From Escherichia coli (GTDB lineage Bacteria > Pseudomonadota > Gammaproteobacteria > Enterobacterales > Enterobacteriaceae), in NCBI RefSeq assembly GCF_003334785.1, contig NZ_QOWV01000002.1: a stretch of 64,000 nt of DNA, one strand, 5' to 3'. The notes beneath the pieces were generated by a model, which was not told the DNA's origin, did not search any database, and saw only the letters and a program-made list of their open reading frames with translations. Of the stretch, positions 46,597 to 58,593 are shown in pieces. Numbering within the stretch: position 1 is the first letter of the stretch; every line of letters begins with the position of its first letter. A program made the position numbers and the translations under genes.

Positions 46597-47877
46597 ATGA
46601 AATTACTTATTCTGGGCAACCACACTTGCGGCAATCGTGGCGACAGCGCCATCCTGCGCGGCTTACTTGATGCCATCAACATTCTCAATCCACACGCCGA
46701 AGTGGATGTGATGAGCCGCTATCCGGTCAGTTCTTCCTGGCTGCTCAACCGCCCGGTAATGGGCGATCCGCTGTTCCTGCAAATGAAACAACACAATAGC
46801 GCGGCGGGCGTTGTCGGGCGCGTTAAAAAAGTCCTCCGTCGCCGCTACCAGCATCAGGTATTGCTCTCACGCGTCACCGACACTGGCAAGCTGCGCAATA
46901 TCGCCATCGCCCAGGGATTCACCGACTTCGTGCGCCTGCTGTCAGGTTACGACGCCATTATTCAGGTCGGCGGATCGTTTTTTGTCGATCTCTATGGCGT
47001 GCCGCAGTTTGAACATGCGCTTTGCTCATTTATGGCGAAAAAGCCGCTGTTTATGATTGGTCACAGTGTTGGTCCCTTCCAGGATGAGCAATTTAACCAA
47101 CTGGCGAACTATGTCTTTGGTCATTGCGACGCGCTGATCATGCGCGAATCGGTCAGCCTTGATCTGATGAAACGCAGCAATATCACTACCGCAAAAGTGG
47201 AACATGGCGTCGATACCGCGTGGCTGGTCGATCACCACACCGAAGATTTCACCGCCAGCTATGCCGTCCAACACTGGCTGGACGTTGCCGCACAACAGAA
47301 AACGGTGGCAATTACCCTGCGCGAACTGGCACCGTTCGACAAACGTCTCGGCACCACTCAACATGCGTATGAAAAAGCCTTTGCCGGGGTGGTCAATCGC
47401 ATTCTCGACGAAGGGTATCAGGTGATTGCGCTCTCCACCTGTACGGGCATCGACAGCTATAACAAAGACGACCGCATGGTGGCGCTCAATCTTCGCCAGC
47501 ACATCAGCGATCCTGCCCGTTACCATGTGGTGATGGATGAACTCAACGATCTGGAAATGGGCAAAATTCTGGGTGCCTGTAAACTCACCGTTGGTACGCG
47601 TCTGCACTCAGCCATTATCTCAATGAATTTTGCCACTCCGGCAATTGCCATCAACTACGAACATAAATCCGCCGGGATTATGCAACAACTGGGGCTGCCA
47701 GAGATGGCGATTGATATCCGTCATTTATTAGATGGCAGCCTGCAAGCGATGGTTGCGGATACCTTAGGCCAGCTTCCGGTGCTGAACGCACGACTTAGCG
47801 AAGCCGTCAGTCGTGAGCGTCAGATAGGAATGCAGATGGTGCAATCTGTGCTTGAGCGCATCGGGGAGGTGAAATGA
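46597..47877 (+). CDS. wcaK: Colanic acid pyruvyl transferase
   Basis: 426 aa. Confidence 0.9.
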   Translation: MKLLILGNHTCGNRGDSAILRGLLDAINILNPHAEVDVMSRYPVSSSWLLNRPVMGDPLFLQMKQHNSAAGVVGRVKKVLRRRYQHQVLLSRVTDTGKLRNIAIAQGFTDFVRLLSGYDAIIQVGGSFFVDLYGVPQFEHALCSFMAKKPLFMIGHSVGPFQDEQFNQLANYVFGHCDALIMRESVSLDLMKRSNITTAKVEHGVDTAWLVDHHTEDFTASYAVQHWLDVAAQQKTVAITLRELAPFDKRLGTTQHAYEKAFAGVVNRILDEGYQVIALSTCTGIDSYNKDDRMVALNLRQHISDPARYHVVMDELNDLEMGKILGACKLTVGTRLHSAIISMNFATPAIAINYEHKSAGIMQQLGLPEMAIDIRHLLDGSLQAMVADTLGQLPVLNARLSEAVSRERQIGMQMVQSVLERIGEVK

Positions 47878-49094
47878 AGGTCGGCTTCTTTTTACTGAAA
47901 TTCCCGCTGTCTTCGGAAACCTTCGTCCTCAACCAAATCACTGCGTTTATTGATATGGGCTTTGAGGTGGAGATTGTCGCGCTGCAAAAAGGCGATACAG
48001 AGAACACCCACGCGGCATGGACGAAATACAACCTTGCCGCCAGAACCCGCTGGTTACAGGACGAACCTACGGGCAAAGTGGCGAAACTGCGCCACCGCGC
48101 CAGCCAGACCTTACGCGGCATTCATCGTAAAAATACCTGGCAGGCGCTCAACCTCAAACGCTATGGCGCAGAGTCGCGGAACCTGATTTTGTCTGCCATT
48201 TGCGGTCAGGTCGCAACACCATTTCATGCCGATGTCTTTATCGCTCATTTTGGTCCAGCGGGGGTAACAGCAGCAAAACTCCGCGAACTGGGTGTCATTC
48301 GCGGCAAAATTGCTACTATCTTCCACGGCATTGATATCTCAAGTCGGGAAGTGCTCAACCACTACACTCCCGAATATCAGCAACTGTTCCGCCGTGGCGA
48401 CCTGATGCTACCGATAAGCGATCTGTGGGCCGGAAGGCTGCAAAAAATGGGCTGCCCGAGGGAAAAAATCGCCGTATCGCGCATGGGCGTGGACATGACG
48501 CGCTTTAGCCCGCGTCCGGTGAAAGCGCCTGCAACGCCGCTGGAAATCATTTCCGTCGCACGCTTAACCGAGAAAAAAGGCCTGCATGTGGCGATTGAAG
48601 CCTGTCGGCAGTTGAAAGAGCAGGGCGTGGCATTTCGCTATCGCATCCTCGGCATTGGCCCGTGGGAACGACGCCTGCGCACCCTCATCGAACAATATCA
48701 ACTGGAAGATGTGGTGGAGATGCCGGGCTTTAAACCGAGCCATGAAGTGAAAGCGATGCTCGACGACGCGGATGTCTTCCTGTTGCCATCGGTAACGGGT
48801 GCGGATGGCGATATGGAAGGCATTCCGGTAGCGCTGATGGAAGCGATGGCGGTCGGCATTCCGGTGGTTTCTACTCTGCATAGCGGAATACCGGAATTGG
48901 TGGAGGCCGATAAATCCGGCTGGCTGGTGCCTGAGAACGATGCTCGCGCACTGGCGCAACGACTGGCTGCGTTTAGCCAACTGGACACCGACGAACTGGC
49001 TCCGGTTGTCAAACGTGCGCGCGAAAAAGTCGAACACGATTTTAACCAGCAGGTGATTAATCGAGAACTCGCCAGCTTGCTGCAGGCTTTATAG
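47874..49094 (+). CDS. wcaL: Colanic acid glycosyltransferase (GT4)
   Basis: 406 aa. Confidence 0.9.
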   Translation: MKVGFFLLKFPLSSETFVLNQITAFIDMGFEVEIVALQKGDTENTHAAWTKYNLAARTRWLQDEPTGKVAKLRHRASQTLRGIHRKNTWQALNLKRYGAESRNLILSAICGQVATPFHADVFIAHFGPAGVTAAKLRELGVIRGKIATIFHGIDISSREVLNHYTPEYQQLFRRGDLMLPISDLWAGRLQKMGCPREKIAVSRMGVDMTRFSPRPVKAPATPLEIISVARLTEKKGLHVAIEACRQLKEQGVAFRYRILGIGPWERRLRTLIEQYQLEDVVEMPGFKPSHEVKAMLDDADVFLLPSVTGADGDMEGIPVALMEAMAVGIPVVSTLHSGIPELVEADKSGWLVPENDARALAQRLAAFSQLDTDELAPVVKRAREKVEHDFNQQVINRELASLLQAL

Positions 49095-49104
49095 AGGAGA
49101 ACGC

Positions 49105-50499
49105 ATGCCATTTAAAAAACTCTCCCGACGCACCTTCCTGGCGGCAAGCTCGGCGCTTGCCTTCCTCCATACCCCTTTCGCTCGCGCACTTCCCGCCCGA
49201 CAAAGCGTTAACATTAACGACTACAACCCACACGACTGGATCGCCTCATTTAAACAAGCCTTCAGCGAAGGGCAAACGGTCGTCGTGCCTGCCGGATTGG
49301 TTTGTGACAATATCAACACCGGCATCTTCATTCCTGCAGGTAAAACGTTACACATCTTGGGAAGCCTGCGCGGCAACGGCAGAGGGCGATTTATCTTACA
49401 GGACGGCAGCCAGGTGACAGGGGAGGAGGGCGGCAGTATGCATAACATCACCCTGGATGTGCGTGGCTCTGACTGCACCATCAAAGGGCTGGCGATGAGC
49501 GGCTTTGGCCCGGTAACGCAGATTTATATCGGCGGCAAAAACAAACGGGTCATGCGCAACCTGACCATCGATAATCTCACCGTTAACCACGCTAATTACG
49601 CTATTTTGCGCCAGGGATTTCATAACCAGATAATCGGTGCCAACATCACCAATTGTAAGTTCAGTGACTTACAAGGCGACGCCATTGAATGGAACGTGGC
49701 AATTAACGACAGTGATATTTTGATATCTGACCATGTCATCGAGCGCATCAACTGTACTAACGGCAAAATCAACTGGGGCATTGGCATAGGTCTTGCGGGA
49801 AGTACCTACGATAACAACTACCCGGAAGACCAGGCAGTGAAAAACTTTGTCGTGGCGAATATCACGGGATCGGATTGTCGGCAGTTGATCCATGTTGAAA
49901 ATGGCAAACATTTTGTTATTAGTAATATCAAAGCCCGCAATATCACGCCGGATTTCAGTAAGAAAGCGGGCATTGATAACGCCACGGTCGCTATTTACGG
50001 TTGTGACAATTTCGTGATTGATAATATTGAAATGATTAATAGCGCCGGGATGTTAATCGGCTATGGGGTAATTAAAGGCAAATATCTCTCGATACCGCAA
50101 AATTTCCGAGTGAATAATATTCAACTGGATAATACCCACCTTGCTTATAAATTGCGCGGTATCCAAATCTCCGCCGGGAATGCCGTCTCCTTTGTGTCGC
50201 TAACTAATATTGAGATGAAGCGTGCCTCGCTGGAGTTACACAACAAGCCGCAACATCTTTTTATGCGTAATATCAATGTGATGCAGGAATCCTCTGTTGG
50301 ACCCGCATTGATCATGAACTTCGACATGCGCAAAGACGTTCGAGGCGTCTTTATGGCGAAAGAAGAAACACTGCTGTCTCTTGCAAATGTTCATGCGGTG
50401 AATGAAAGAGGGCAAAGCTCCGTCGATATCGACAGGATTAATCACCATATTGTTAATGTGGAAAAGATTAACTTTAGATTGCCGGAACGGAGGGAGTAG
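49105..50499 (+). CDS. wcaM: Colanic acid biosynthesis protein WcaM
   Basis: 464 aa; Tat-like signal ([15 protein letters not shown]). Confidence 0.9.
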   Translation: MPFKKLSRRTFLAASSALAFLHTPFARALPARQSVNINDYNPHDWIASFKQAFSEGQTVVVPAGLVCDNINTGIFIPAGKTLHILGSLRGNGRGRFILQDGSQVTGEEGGSMHNITLDVRGSDCTIKGLAMSGFGPVTQIYIGGKNKRVMRNLTIDNLTVNHANYAILRQGFHNQIIGANITNCKFSDLQGDAIEWNVAINDSDILISDHVIERINCTNGKINWGIGIGLAGSTYDNNYPEDQAVKNFVVANITGSDCRQLIHVENGKHFVISNIKARNITPDFSKKAGIDNATVAIYGCDNFVIDNIEMINSAGMLIGYGVIKGKYLSIPQNFRVNNIQLDNTHLAYKLRGIQISAGNAVSFVSLTNIEMKRASLELHNKPQHLFMRNINVMQESSVGPALIMNFDMRKDVRGVFMAKEETLLSLANVHAVNERGQSSVDIDRINHHIVNVEKINFRLPERRE

Positions 50500-50673
50500 A
50501 TTTGCGACCATTCCTGGAAAAATGGAGCCATACTTAGGAACAATGCTACTGCAATCCACAACGAAGCGGCGTAACATCACAAGTAATTCAGTAATCAATT
50601 CAGGGTAATTGATGCTGGCGAAAAAAATCGAACAAGCTATAATTCAGCAACCATTTTACAGGTGGATGAAATA

Positions 50674-51567
50674 ATGACGAATTTAAAAGCAGTTATTCCT
50701 GTAGCGGGTCTTGGGATGCATATGTTGCCTGCCACTAAGGCGATTCCCAAAGAGATGCTACCGATCGTCGACAAGCCAATGATTCAGTACATTGTTGACG
50801 AGATTGTGGCTGCAGGGATCAAAGAAATCCTCCTGGTAACTCATGCGTCCAAGAACGCGGTCGAAAACCACTTCGACACCTCTTATGAATTAGAATCTCT
50901 TCTTGAACTGCGCGTGAAGCGTCAACTACTGGCGGAAGTTCAGTCCATCTGCCCGCCGGGCGTGACCATTATGAACGTACGTCAGGGCGAACCTTTAGGT
51001 TTAGGTCACTCCATTTTGTGTGCACGACCCGCCATTGGTGACAACCCATTTGTCGTGGTGCTGCCAGACGTTGTGATCGACGACGCCAGTGCCGACCCGC
51101 TGCGCTACAACCTTGCAGCCATGATTGCGCGCTTCAACGAAACGGGCCGCAGCCAGGTGCTGGCAAAACGTATGCCGGGTGACCTCTCTGAATACTCCGT
51201 CATTCAGACCAAAGAACCACTGGATCGTGAAGGTAAAGTCAGCCGCATTGTTGAATTTATCGAAAAACCGGATCAGCCGCAGACGCTGGATTCAGACATC
51301 ATGGCCGTTGGTCGCTATGTGCTTTCTGCAGATATTTGGCCGGAACTTGAACGCACTCAGCCTGGTGCATGGGGGCGTATTCAGCTGACTGATGCCATCG
51401 CTGAACTGGCGAAAAAACAGTCTGTTGATGCCATGCTGATGACAGGTGACAGCTACGACTGCGGTAAAAAAATGGGTTATATGCAGGCATTTGTGAAGTA
51501 TGGACTACGCAACCTGAAAGAAGGGGCGAAGTTCCGTAAAGGTATTGAGAAGCTGTTAAGCGAATAA
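50674..51567 (+). CDS. galF: UTP-glucose-1-phosphate uridylyltransferase-like regulatory subunit GalF
   Basis: ORF track start 50662 trimmed to the ATG at 50674 ([14 protein letters not shown]); 297 aa. Confidence 0.9.
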   Translation: MTNLKAVIPVAGLGMHMLPATKAIPKEMLPIVDKPMIQYIVDEIVAAGIKEILLVTHASKNAVENHFDTSYELESLLELRVKRQLLAEVQSICPPGVTIMNVRQGEPLGLGHSILCARPAIGDNPFVVVLPDVVIDDASADPLRYNLAAMIARFNETGRSQVLAKRMPGDLSEYSVIQTKEPLDREGKVSRIVEFIEKPDQPQTLDSDIMAVGRYVLSADIWPELERTQPGAWGRIQLTDAIAELAKKQSVDAMLMTGDSYDCGKKMGYMQAFVKYGLRNLKEGAKFRKGIEKLLSE

Positions 51568-51831
51568 TGAAAATCTGACCGAATGTAACGGTTGATAAGA
51601 AAATTATAACGGCAGTGAAGATTCGTGGCGAAAGTAATTTGCTGCGAATATTCCTGCCGTTGTTTTATATAAACAATCAGAATAACAACGAGTTAGCAAT
51701 AGGATTTTAGTCAAAGATTTCCAGGATTTTCCTTGTTTCCAGAGCGGATTGGTAAGACAATTAGCGTTTGAATTTTTCGGGTTTAGCGCGAGTGGGTAAC
51801 GCTCGTCACATCGTAGACATGCATGCAGTGC

Positions 51832-51870
51832 TCTGGTAGCTGTAAAGCCAGGGGCGGTAGCGTGCTGAAA
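51832..51870 (+). promoter_or_regulatory. JUMPstart element with ops (GGCGGTAGCGTG at 51853-51864) upstream of the O-antigen operon
   Basis: aagccaggggcggtagcgtg about 60 bp upstream of wzx. Confidence 0.8.
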
Positions 51871-51923
51871 TTATAAAGTCATTCTTATAGAACATCGCAT
51901 TTCAATAATATAATTACACCTAA

Positions 51924-53180
51924 ATGAATAGGATACAACGTGTGCATAATTATTTAAGGCTTAAAGATAAAATAAAAAACGTATTTTTAGGGTTATATAT
52001 ATTGCAGTTATTTAATTATATCGCGCCATTGGTAATTATCCCTATCCTGATAAAATATATTGGGTTGGGGGAATATGGGGAATTAGTCTATATTACATCT
52101 ATTTATCAAATAGTGGCTTTGTTTATTGATTTTGGCTTTACTTACACAGGACCTGTGGTTGCTGCGAGACATAAATGTGAGATCCAAAATTTACAGCGCT
52201 ATTACTCAATAGTTGTTCTTTTAAAATCATTGCTTTTTATAATTGCATTAACATGTGTATTTTTATTGTGCAGATTAAATATAGTCCACTTGTCATTTTT
52301 GGGGTTTTTGTCAATTTTTCTATGCTCTATTGGTAATATAGTATCGCCCAATTGGTTTTTGCAGGGGATTGGTGATTTTAAAAAACTTTCATACTCTCAA
52401 GTAATAGTGAGAATAACATTGTTTATCATGCTTCTTGTTTATGTCTGTAGTGGCGGAGATAATGTTTTTATCTTAAGTTTTTTACAAAATGCAACATTAC
52501 TCATATGCTGTATATACTTATGGCCAAATATTCATATTAGCCATGTTGTTCATCTTAAACCTAATGAATGCATTGTGGAATTTAAGAAGGCAGGAAATGT
52601 TTTTATTGGCGTAATAGGTACGATTGGTTACAATGGTCTAATTCCTGTGTTAATTGGAAACCTTTGCGGTAATACGAGTCTTGGTGTTTTTTCAATCGTT
52701 CAAAAAATGACAACAGCATGTCAAAGCCTAATTAATCCAATATCACAGTATATGTTATCACAAGTTTCAGAAATTAAACCTCAAGATGAACTGTTTTATT
52801 ATAGAATTAAAAAAAGTTTTTTTGTGCATTTAACAATTAGCATAATTGCATGTTTATGTTATATGGGGTTAGGGCAATATGTGGCGACTTTTATAGGTAA
52901 AGTTGACGTTTCATTTGTTATTATTTTATATGCGTCAGTAATTACAATTTTTTCATCTTTAAATAATGTCCTTGGTATACAGTTTCTTATACCGACAGAT
53001 AATGTAAAAATACTGCGAAGTATAAATGTTATAGCGGGAATTATTGTTGTTAGTTTGTCCTGGCTGTTAATATCACGCTTTGACATTCTGGGGGGGGTTT
53101 TATTAAATCTAATTGGTGAGTTTCTTGTATTCAGTATGCTAGCTTTTATTGCCCATCGTAAGTGGGGAGCGAGAGTATAA
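51924..53180 (+). CDS. wzx: O-antigen flippase Wzx
   Basis: 418 aa multi-TM protein in a low-GC region; Wzx-like N-terminus and W-F-x-Q-G motif (NWFLQG). Confidence 0.75.
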   Translation: MNRIQRVHNYLRLKDKIKNVFLGLYILQLFNYIAPLVIIPILIKYIGLGEYGELVYITSIYQIVALFIDFGFTYTGPVVAARHKCEIQNLQRYYSIVVLLKSLLFIIALTCVFLLCRLNIVHLSFLGFLSIFLCSIGNIVSPNWFLQGIGDFKKLSYSQVIVRITLFIMLLVYVCSGGDNVFILSFLQNATLLICCIYLWPNIHISHVVHLKPNECIVEFKKAGNVFIGVIGTIGYNGLIPVLIGNLCGNTSLGVFSIVQKMTTACQSLINPISQYMLSQVSEIKPQDELFYYRIKKSFFVHLTISIIACLCYMGLGQYVATFIGKVDVSFVIILYASVITIFSSLNNVLGIQFLIPTDNVKILRSINVIAGIIVVSLSWLLISRFDILGGVLLNLIGEFLVFSMLAFIAHRKWGARV

Positions 53181-54523
53181 TGAAAGTGAAGGCGGTTCCT
53201 GCTATTACATTCTATTTAAGTTTAATGCTGACAATTTTAGTGTTACTGTTTGGTAATGAACCAAATAAATCACAATATATTCTTGTTATAGCAACGATAA
53301 CAGTTTTTTATATCGCGTATATCACTAATAAAATAACTTCTCCGGCCAGCCTTCTCGTTATATCATCTTTTGTGTTTTTAGGTTGTCGACCTTTATTATC
53401 TTTGTTTGCAAACTATGATTACAGGATTGCCGATTGGTTTATTGAAGGATATATGGATGACGATGTGATTATGGCTAACTATGCTATAACATTAATGTAT
53501 TATGGTTATACATTGGGACTAATTCTATGCAGAAATACTGAAAAAATTTATCCGCATGGATCATATCCAGAGAAACAATTGCTAAAAATAAAGTTTCTTT
53601 TGACTTTATTTTTTCTGGGTTCGATAGGTATGGTTGTGAAAGGGATATTCTTTTTTAACTTTATAGAATCTAATAGTTATGTTGATATATATCAATCAAA
53701 TATAACAACGCCAATAGGTTATGATTTTCTGTCTTATTTGTTTTATTGTTCTTTTTTCCTTATATGTGCGTTTCATATACAGTTCAGAACAAATAAAAAA
53801 TTTCTTTTTATTGCGATATGCATTGCTGCATTTAGCACCTTGAAGGGTAGTCGTAGTGAAGCTATAACGTTTCTTTTAACGGTTACATGTATATATTTTA
53901 ATGAAGTAAAGACAAGAAACTTACGTTTGCTGATTACAATGATTTTTGTTTTTAGCGTCATTTTTGTGATTAGTGAATTTATCTCAATGTGGCGCACTGG
54001 AGGGAGTTTTATTCAATTAATGCAGGGTAATAATCCTGTTATAAACTTTGTATACGGCATGGGAGTATCATATCTTTCCATTTATCAATCAGTAAAACTA
54101 CAACTATTGTCAGGGGGGTATAATGTTACCTATCTATTCAGCCAGTTAATAATAACTTGCTCGTCAATATTTAATGTTAAATTGAGCTTGCCGGAAATAA
54201 GCTATAGCCATTTGGCCTCATACACAGCAAACCCAGAACTATATAATCTTGGGTTCGGACTTGGGGGAAGTTATTTAGCAGAATCGTTTTTAGCATTTGG
54301 TCTTATTGGGTGTTTCATAATACCCTTTTTACTTTTACTTAATTTAAATGTATTGGAAAAATACACAAAAAACAAACCAATCATATATTTTGTTTATTAT
54401 AGTGTGTTGCCACCTATATTATTCACACCAAGAGAGACTTTGTTCTATTTCTTCCCCTATCTTGTCAAAAGTATATTTGTTGCTTTTTTAGTTACATTAT
54501 ACATCCAGTATAAAAAGGATTGA
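53180..54523 (+). CDS. wzy: Putative O-antigen polymerase Wzy
   Basis: Multi-TM low-GC protein second in the cluster; ATG at 53180 overlaps the wzx stop (ORF track starts at the GTG at 53162); assigned by exclusion and topology. Confidence 0.6.
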   Translation: MKVKAVPAITFYLSLMLTILVLLFGNEPNKSQYILVIATITVFYIAYITNKITSPASLLVISSFVFLGCRPLLSLFANYDYRIADWFIEGYMDDDVIMANYAITLMYYGYTLGLILCRNTEKIYPHGSYPEKQLLKIKFLLTLFFLGSIGMVVKGIFFFNFIESNSYVDIYQSNITTPIGYDFLSYLFYCSFFLICAFHIQFRTNKKFLFIAICIAAFSTLKGSRSEAITFLLTVTCIYFNEVKTRNLRLLITMIFVFSVIFVISEFISMWRTGGSFIQLMQGNNPVINFVYGMGVSYLSIYQSVKLQLLSGGYNVTYLFSQLIITCSSIFNVKLSLPEISYSHLASYTANPELYNLGFGLGGSYLAESFLAFGLIGCFIIPFLLLLNLNVLEKYTKNKPIIYFVYYSVLPPILFTPRETLFYFFPYLVKSIFVAFLVTLYIQYKKD

Positions 54524-54528
54524 CGAAA

Positions 54529-55389
54529 ATGTCAGAAAAAAATGTCAGCATAATAATCCCAAGTTATAACAGGGCTCATATTCTTAAGGAGGTCATACCA
54601 AGTTATTTTCAGGATGAGACTTTAGAGGTAATAGTTATCAATGATGGATCAACAGATAATACAAATAGTGTATTAGCTGAACTGAAGGAAAAATATTCTC
54701 AATTAGTTATTTTAGAAAATGATACGAACAAAAAACAGATGTATTCTAAAAACCGAGGGATTGAAATAGCCAAAGGGAAATATATTTTTTTTGGTGATGA
54801 TGACTCTTACCTCTTACCCGGTGTTATATCTCGGTTATTGGCTACAAAATATGAGACAGGCGCTGATGTAATCGGCGCAAGAATACTCTATATGAATAAT
54901 AACGAGAAAACAATTGAAGATTGCATAAATCGACATAAAACAGAGGGGCGTTTTGTTAGTGATTTAAATAGATTGGATTTTAGTTATACATGTGATTTGG
55001 ACCATCCGATTGAATGTTTTTATGCACAGTCTATTATTCTAGCTGAAAGGGAACTAATATCGAAATATCGATTTGATATATCTTATACGGGAAACTGCTA
55101 TCGTGAGGAAACTGATTTCATGTTATCTCTTTTTATAAAAAATAAAAAATTTATATATGATTCAAAGGCTCTGTTAATAAATTTACCTCCACGAAAAGCG
55201 ACGGGAGGGGCAAGAACAGCTAATCGATTAAAATATCATTATGAAAGTTGCATAAATAATTATAGATTTTTAAAAAAATATAATGATAATTTGAATCTTC
55301 TTTCAGGACAAAAGCATGCTATATTTTACCGACAGTGTCAATTCGTTCTGCTAAAAATTAAGTCGTTTATCGGGAAGTTTTTAAAATGA
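54529..55389 (+). CDS. Glycosyltransferase family 2
   Basis: SIIIPSYNRAHIL and INDGSTDNT (GT2 DxD region); start could instead be the TTG at 54520. Confidence 0.75.
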   Translation: MSEKNVSIIIPSYNRAHILKEVIPSYFQDETLEVIVINDGSTDNTNSVLAELKEKYSQLVILENDTNKKQMYSKNRGIEIAKGKYIFFGDDDSYLLPGVISRLLATKYETGADVIGARILYMNNNEKTIEDCINRHKTEGRFVSDLNRLDFSYTCDLDHPIECFYAQSIILAERELISKYRFDISYTGNCYREETDFMLSLFIKNKKFIYDSKALLINLPPRKATGGARTANRLKYHYESCINNYRFLKKYNDNLNLLSGQKHAIFYRQCQFVLLKIKSFIGKFLK

Positions 55390-56417
55390 TTGTATATATT
55401 GCCGCGTATAATGGTTCAGGAGGGCAAGGTGGGGTGGAAAGGGTTGTTGCCCAACAATGTAACATTCTTAAAAATTTGGGGGTTAAAGTCATTATACTTG
55501 ATAAAGCATACTTCAAAATTTCTAACAAAATTCGTAACAAAAAAATACAAGTAGCACTTTATCCAATATTAGTTTCTCTTTATTTAACCTTACAAAAATT
55601 ACGTGGCGTGACGTTTAAAGTTATTGCGCATGGCTATTGTTCTCCTTTTTATAGGAATGACATCTTAATAGCTCATGGCAATATGAAATGTTATTTTCAA
55701 ACAGTCATGAAAAAAAAACCTAATCGATTGTCCGGCAGTGGTCTTTTATCTTTCTATGAGCGTTTGGCTGGATCATTCTCAAAAAATATCTGGGCTGTTT
55801 CAAATAAGGTTAAAAGTGAATGGAATGAGCTTTACAATATTAATTCACATAAAATTAAAGTTGTTCGAAATTTTATAAATCTTGAACAATTTGATTGCAC
55901 TGATGTTAATGAAGCACAATATGTGACATTTGTCGGGCGATTGGAAAAAGGAAAAGGAATAGATGATCTGTATTACATATGTAAAAATCTGCCAGATACT
56001 TCCTTCCATTTAGTTTCAAGTATTCCCGCCCCACAAAATTTTGCTTCGCTAAATAATGTTCTGACCAGCATTGCTGTCCCCTATGCGAAAATGCCAGAAA
56101 TATTTAAGAAATCCAGAGTACTTATTTTACCGTCCTATTATGAAGGATATGAGCTGGTTACTATTGAAGCGCTATGCTGTGGTTGCCCTGTGATAGGCTA
56201 TAACGTTGGTGCAATTAGAGAGTTGTATGCTGAAAGTTTTCCTGGCGTGTTTATTGCCAATAATAAAGAAGATTTAGCACAAGTAGCCTACGAACTAATT
56301 AGTCTTGATAATGAAAAATATTATCATTTGAGACAAACTATTTATAGCAAGCGTGAGCTTTTTTCTGAAGAGAGATATGCGGAAATTTTAACGGCGGCAT
56401 TTAATGAAAAAAAATAA
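55386..56417 (+). CDS. Glycosyltransferase group 1 (GT4)
   Basis: 343 aa; C-terminal E-x7-E-like region (EGYELVTIEALCCGCPVIG). Confidence 0.7.
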   Translation: MIVYIAAYNGSGGQGGVERVVAQQCNILKNLGVKVIILDKAYFKISNKIRNKKIQVALYPILVSLYLTLQKLRGVTFKVIAHGYCSPFYRNDILIAHGNMKCYFQTVMKKKPNRLSGSGLLSFYERLAGSFSKNIWAVSNKVKSEWNELYNINSHKIKVVRNFINLEQFDCTDVNEAQYVTFVGRLEKGKGIDDLYYICKNLPDTSFHLVSSIPAPQNFASLNNVLTSIAVPYAKMPEIFKKSRVLILPSYYEGYELVTIEALCCGCPVIGYNVGAIRELYAESFPGVFIANNKEDLAQVAYELISLDNEKYYHLRQTIYSKRELFSEERYAEILTAAFNEKK

Positions 56418-57549
56418 GAAACTATGTCTCATTTCAATTAACTCATATAATGAACTTACCGGAGGAGGAGTATATTTACGTACGCTTGTTAGTTTTCTAC
56501 AAAAACAGAATGTTAATTTAACACTTATTGATAAAAAATCTTCAGGTAAACTATTCGAAGACAATACTTTTCAACATATATCATTTATTAAAGGTAAACG
56601 TCAGGATATTATATCCAGGCTTTTTTTTATACCATCATTTTATGTCCCTTATATTTTCTCAATAATTAAAATTTTACGGAAGCAAGATATTCTAGCTTTT
56701 CACAACTCTCGACTTGGATTGTTATGTCTGCTTTTTAGAATACTCATGCCCCATAAAAAGATCATATTGTTTACGGATAACTTCGAATATGACTTAATAA
56801 GACAAAAAGATAAAAACATAACTACTTTTGTTGAAAAAATAATTGTTTATCTCAATGAATTTATCGGGCTTAAGAATTCACATTTAGTTAGCTATATTAC
56901 CCGGCAAGATAAAAATGCAATGGATAAATTTTATGGGGTTAAAAAAAGCAGAAATTTAATTCTCCCTGTGATATTTAGTAGAGAAAAGCCAACTGATGTA
57001 TTATCAGCTCACTTTATTAATGAGTATAATCGATTGAATAATGATAATAGGAAAAAAGTAGTATTTACTGCATCTTTTGATTTTTTTCCAAATATAGATG
57101 CTGCCAACTATGTTTTAAATGCAGCAAAGTCGAATAATGATTATTGCTATATTTTGGCAGGTAGGAAAAGTACTACTTTGAATCTTCCTGATTTGGATAA
57201 TTTATTTTTTTTCGATAATCTATCTAATAGTGAAATGTCATATTTATTATCTGCTTGTGATATTTTTTATTCTCCTATAGTTTTAGGAAGTGGAATGAAA
57301 ACAAAAATTGCAGAAGCGCTATCATATGGATTATATATTTATGCGACAGAGCATTCCTTAATCGGCTATGATGAAATTATAAACAACAAGGAGTGTGTTA
57401 AAAAAATCTCACATTTGGATGAGGAATTTCCTAAAGATTTCAAGGTGAAAAGTATCAATAAACAGCTAATAATGTCTTATCAGCAAAAATATTATTCACA
57501 TTATCGGTTTAATGGCCATGAACTTGACATGATAAATATTGACGATTAG
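56404..57549 (+). CDS. Glycosyltransferase group 1 (GT4)
   Basis: 381 aa; GT-B-like layout. Confidence 0.65.
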   Translation: MKKNKKLCLISINSYNELTGGGVYLRTLVSFLQKQNVNLTLIDKKSSGKLFEDNTFQHISFIKGKRQDIISRLFFIPSFYVPYIFSIIKILRKQDILAFHNSRLGLLCLLFRILMPHKKIILFTDNFEYDLIRQKDKNITTFVEKIIVYLNEFIGLKNSHLVSYITRQDKNAMDKFYGVKKSRNLILPVIFSREKPTDVLSAHFINEYNRLNNDNRKKVVFTASFDFFPNIDAANYVLNAAKSNNDYCYILAGRKSTTLNLPDLDNLFFFDNLSNSEMSYLLSACDIFYSPIVLGSGMKTKIAEALSYGLYIYATEHSLIGYDEIINNKECVKKISHLDEEFPKDFKVKSINKQLIMSYQQKYYSHYRFNGHELDMINIDD

Positions 57550-57565
57550 TTAGTGGAGATATAAT

Positions 57566-58573
57566 ATGAACATATTAGTAACTGGTGGTGCTGGATATAT
57601 CGGATCTCATACGGCTATTGAATTACTAAATGCAGGTCATGAGATTATCGTTCTGGACAATTTCAGTAATGCTTCATACAAGTGTATCGAAAAAATAAAA
57701 GAAATTACTCGACGTGATTTTATAACAATTACAGGAGATGCTGGGTGTAGGAAGACACTCTCCGCTATTTTCGAGAAACACGCCATAGATATAGTTATTC
57801 ATTTTGCTGGCTTTAAATCTGTTTCAGAGTCTAAAAGTGAACCCTTAAAGTATTACCAAAATAATGTTGGAGTGACCATTACTTTATTACAGGTAATGGA
57901 AGAGTACAAAATTAAAAAATTTATCTTTAGTTCATCTGCGACAGTCTATGGTGAACCAGAGATAATTCCAATTTCAGAAACAGCTAAAATTGGAGGAACT
58001 ACGAATCCATATGGCACATCGAAATATTTTGTTGAAAAAATTCTAGAGGATGTTAGTTCCACGGGAAAACTGGATATAATTTGCTTGAGATATTTTAATC
58101 CTGTCGGTGCTCATTCTAGTGGTAAAATAGGTGAAGCTCCATCTGGTATCCCTAATAATCTTGTCCCTTATTTATTGGATGTTGCAAGTGGTAAACGTGA
58201 TAAATTATTTATTTATGGCAATGATTATCCTACTAATGATGGAACAGGTGTAAGAGATTTTATTCATGTTGTTGACTTAGCGAAAGGTCATTTGGCTGCA
58301 ATGAATTATTTAAGTATCAATTCGGGATATAATATCTTTAATCTTGGTACAGGAAAAGGTTATTCAGTGCTTGAATTAATCACTACATTTGAAAAATTAA
58401 CAAACATTAAGGTCAATAAATCTTTTATAGAGAGAAGGGCAGGGGATGTTGCGTCTTGTTGGGCTGATGCAGATAAAGCTAATTCTTTATTGGACTGGAA
58501 AGCCGAACAAACTCTAGAACAGATGTTATTGGACTCGTGGCGTTGGAAAAAAAATTATCCAGACGGATTCTGA
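57566..58573 (+). CDS. gne: UDP-hexose (Glc/GlcNAc) 4-epimerase, Gne/GalE family
   Basis: 335 aa; MNILVTGGAGYIGSH Rossmann motif, YGTSK catalytic Y-x3-K. Confidence 0.85.
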   Translation: MNILVTGGAGYIGSHTAIELLNAGHEIIVLDNFSNASYKCIEKIKEITRRDFITITGDAGCRKTLSAIFEKHAIDIVIHFAGFKSVSESKSEPLKYYQNNVGVTITLLQVMEEYKIKKFIFSSSATVYGEPEIIPISETAKIGGTTNPYGTSKYFVEKILEDVSSTGKLDIICLRYFNPVGAHSSGKIGEAPSGIPNNLVPYLLDVASGKRDKLFIYGNDYPTNDGTGVRDFIHVVDLAKGHLAAMNYLSINSGYNIFNLGTGKGYSVLELITTFEKLTNIKVNKSFIERRAGDVASCWADADKANSLLDWKAEQTLEQMLLDSWRWKKNYPDGF

Positions 58574-58593
58574 ATAAAAAAGGTTTCAGTTTT

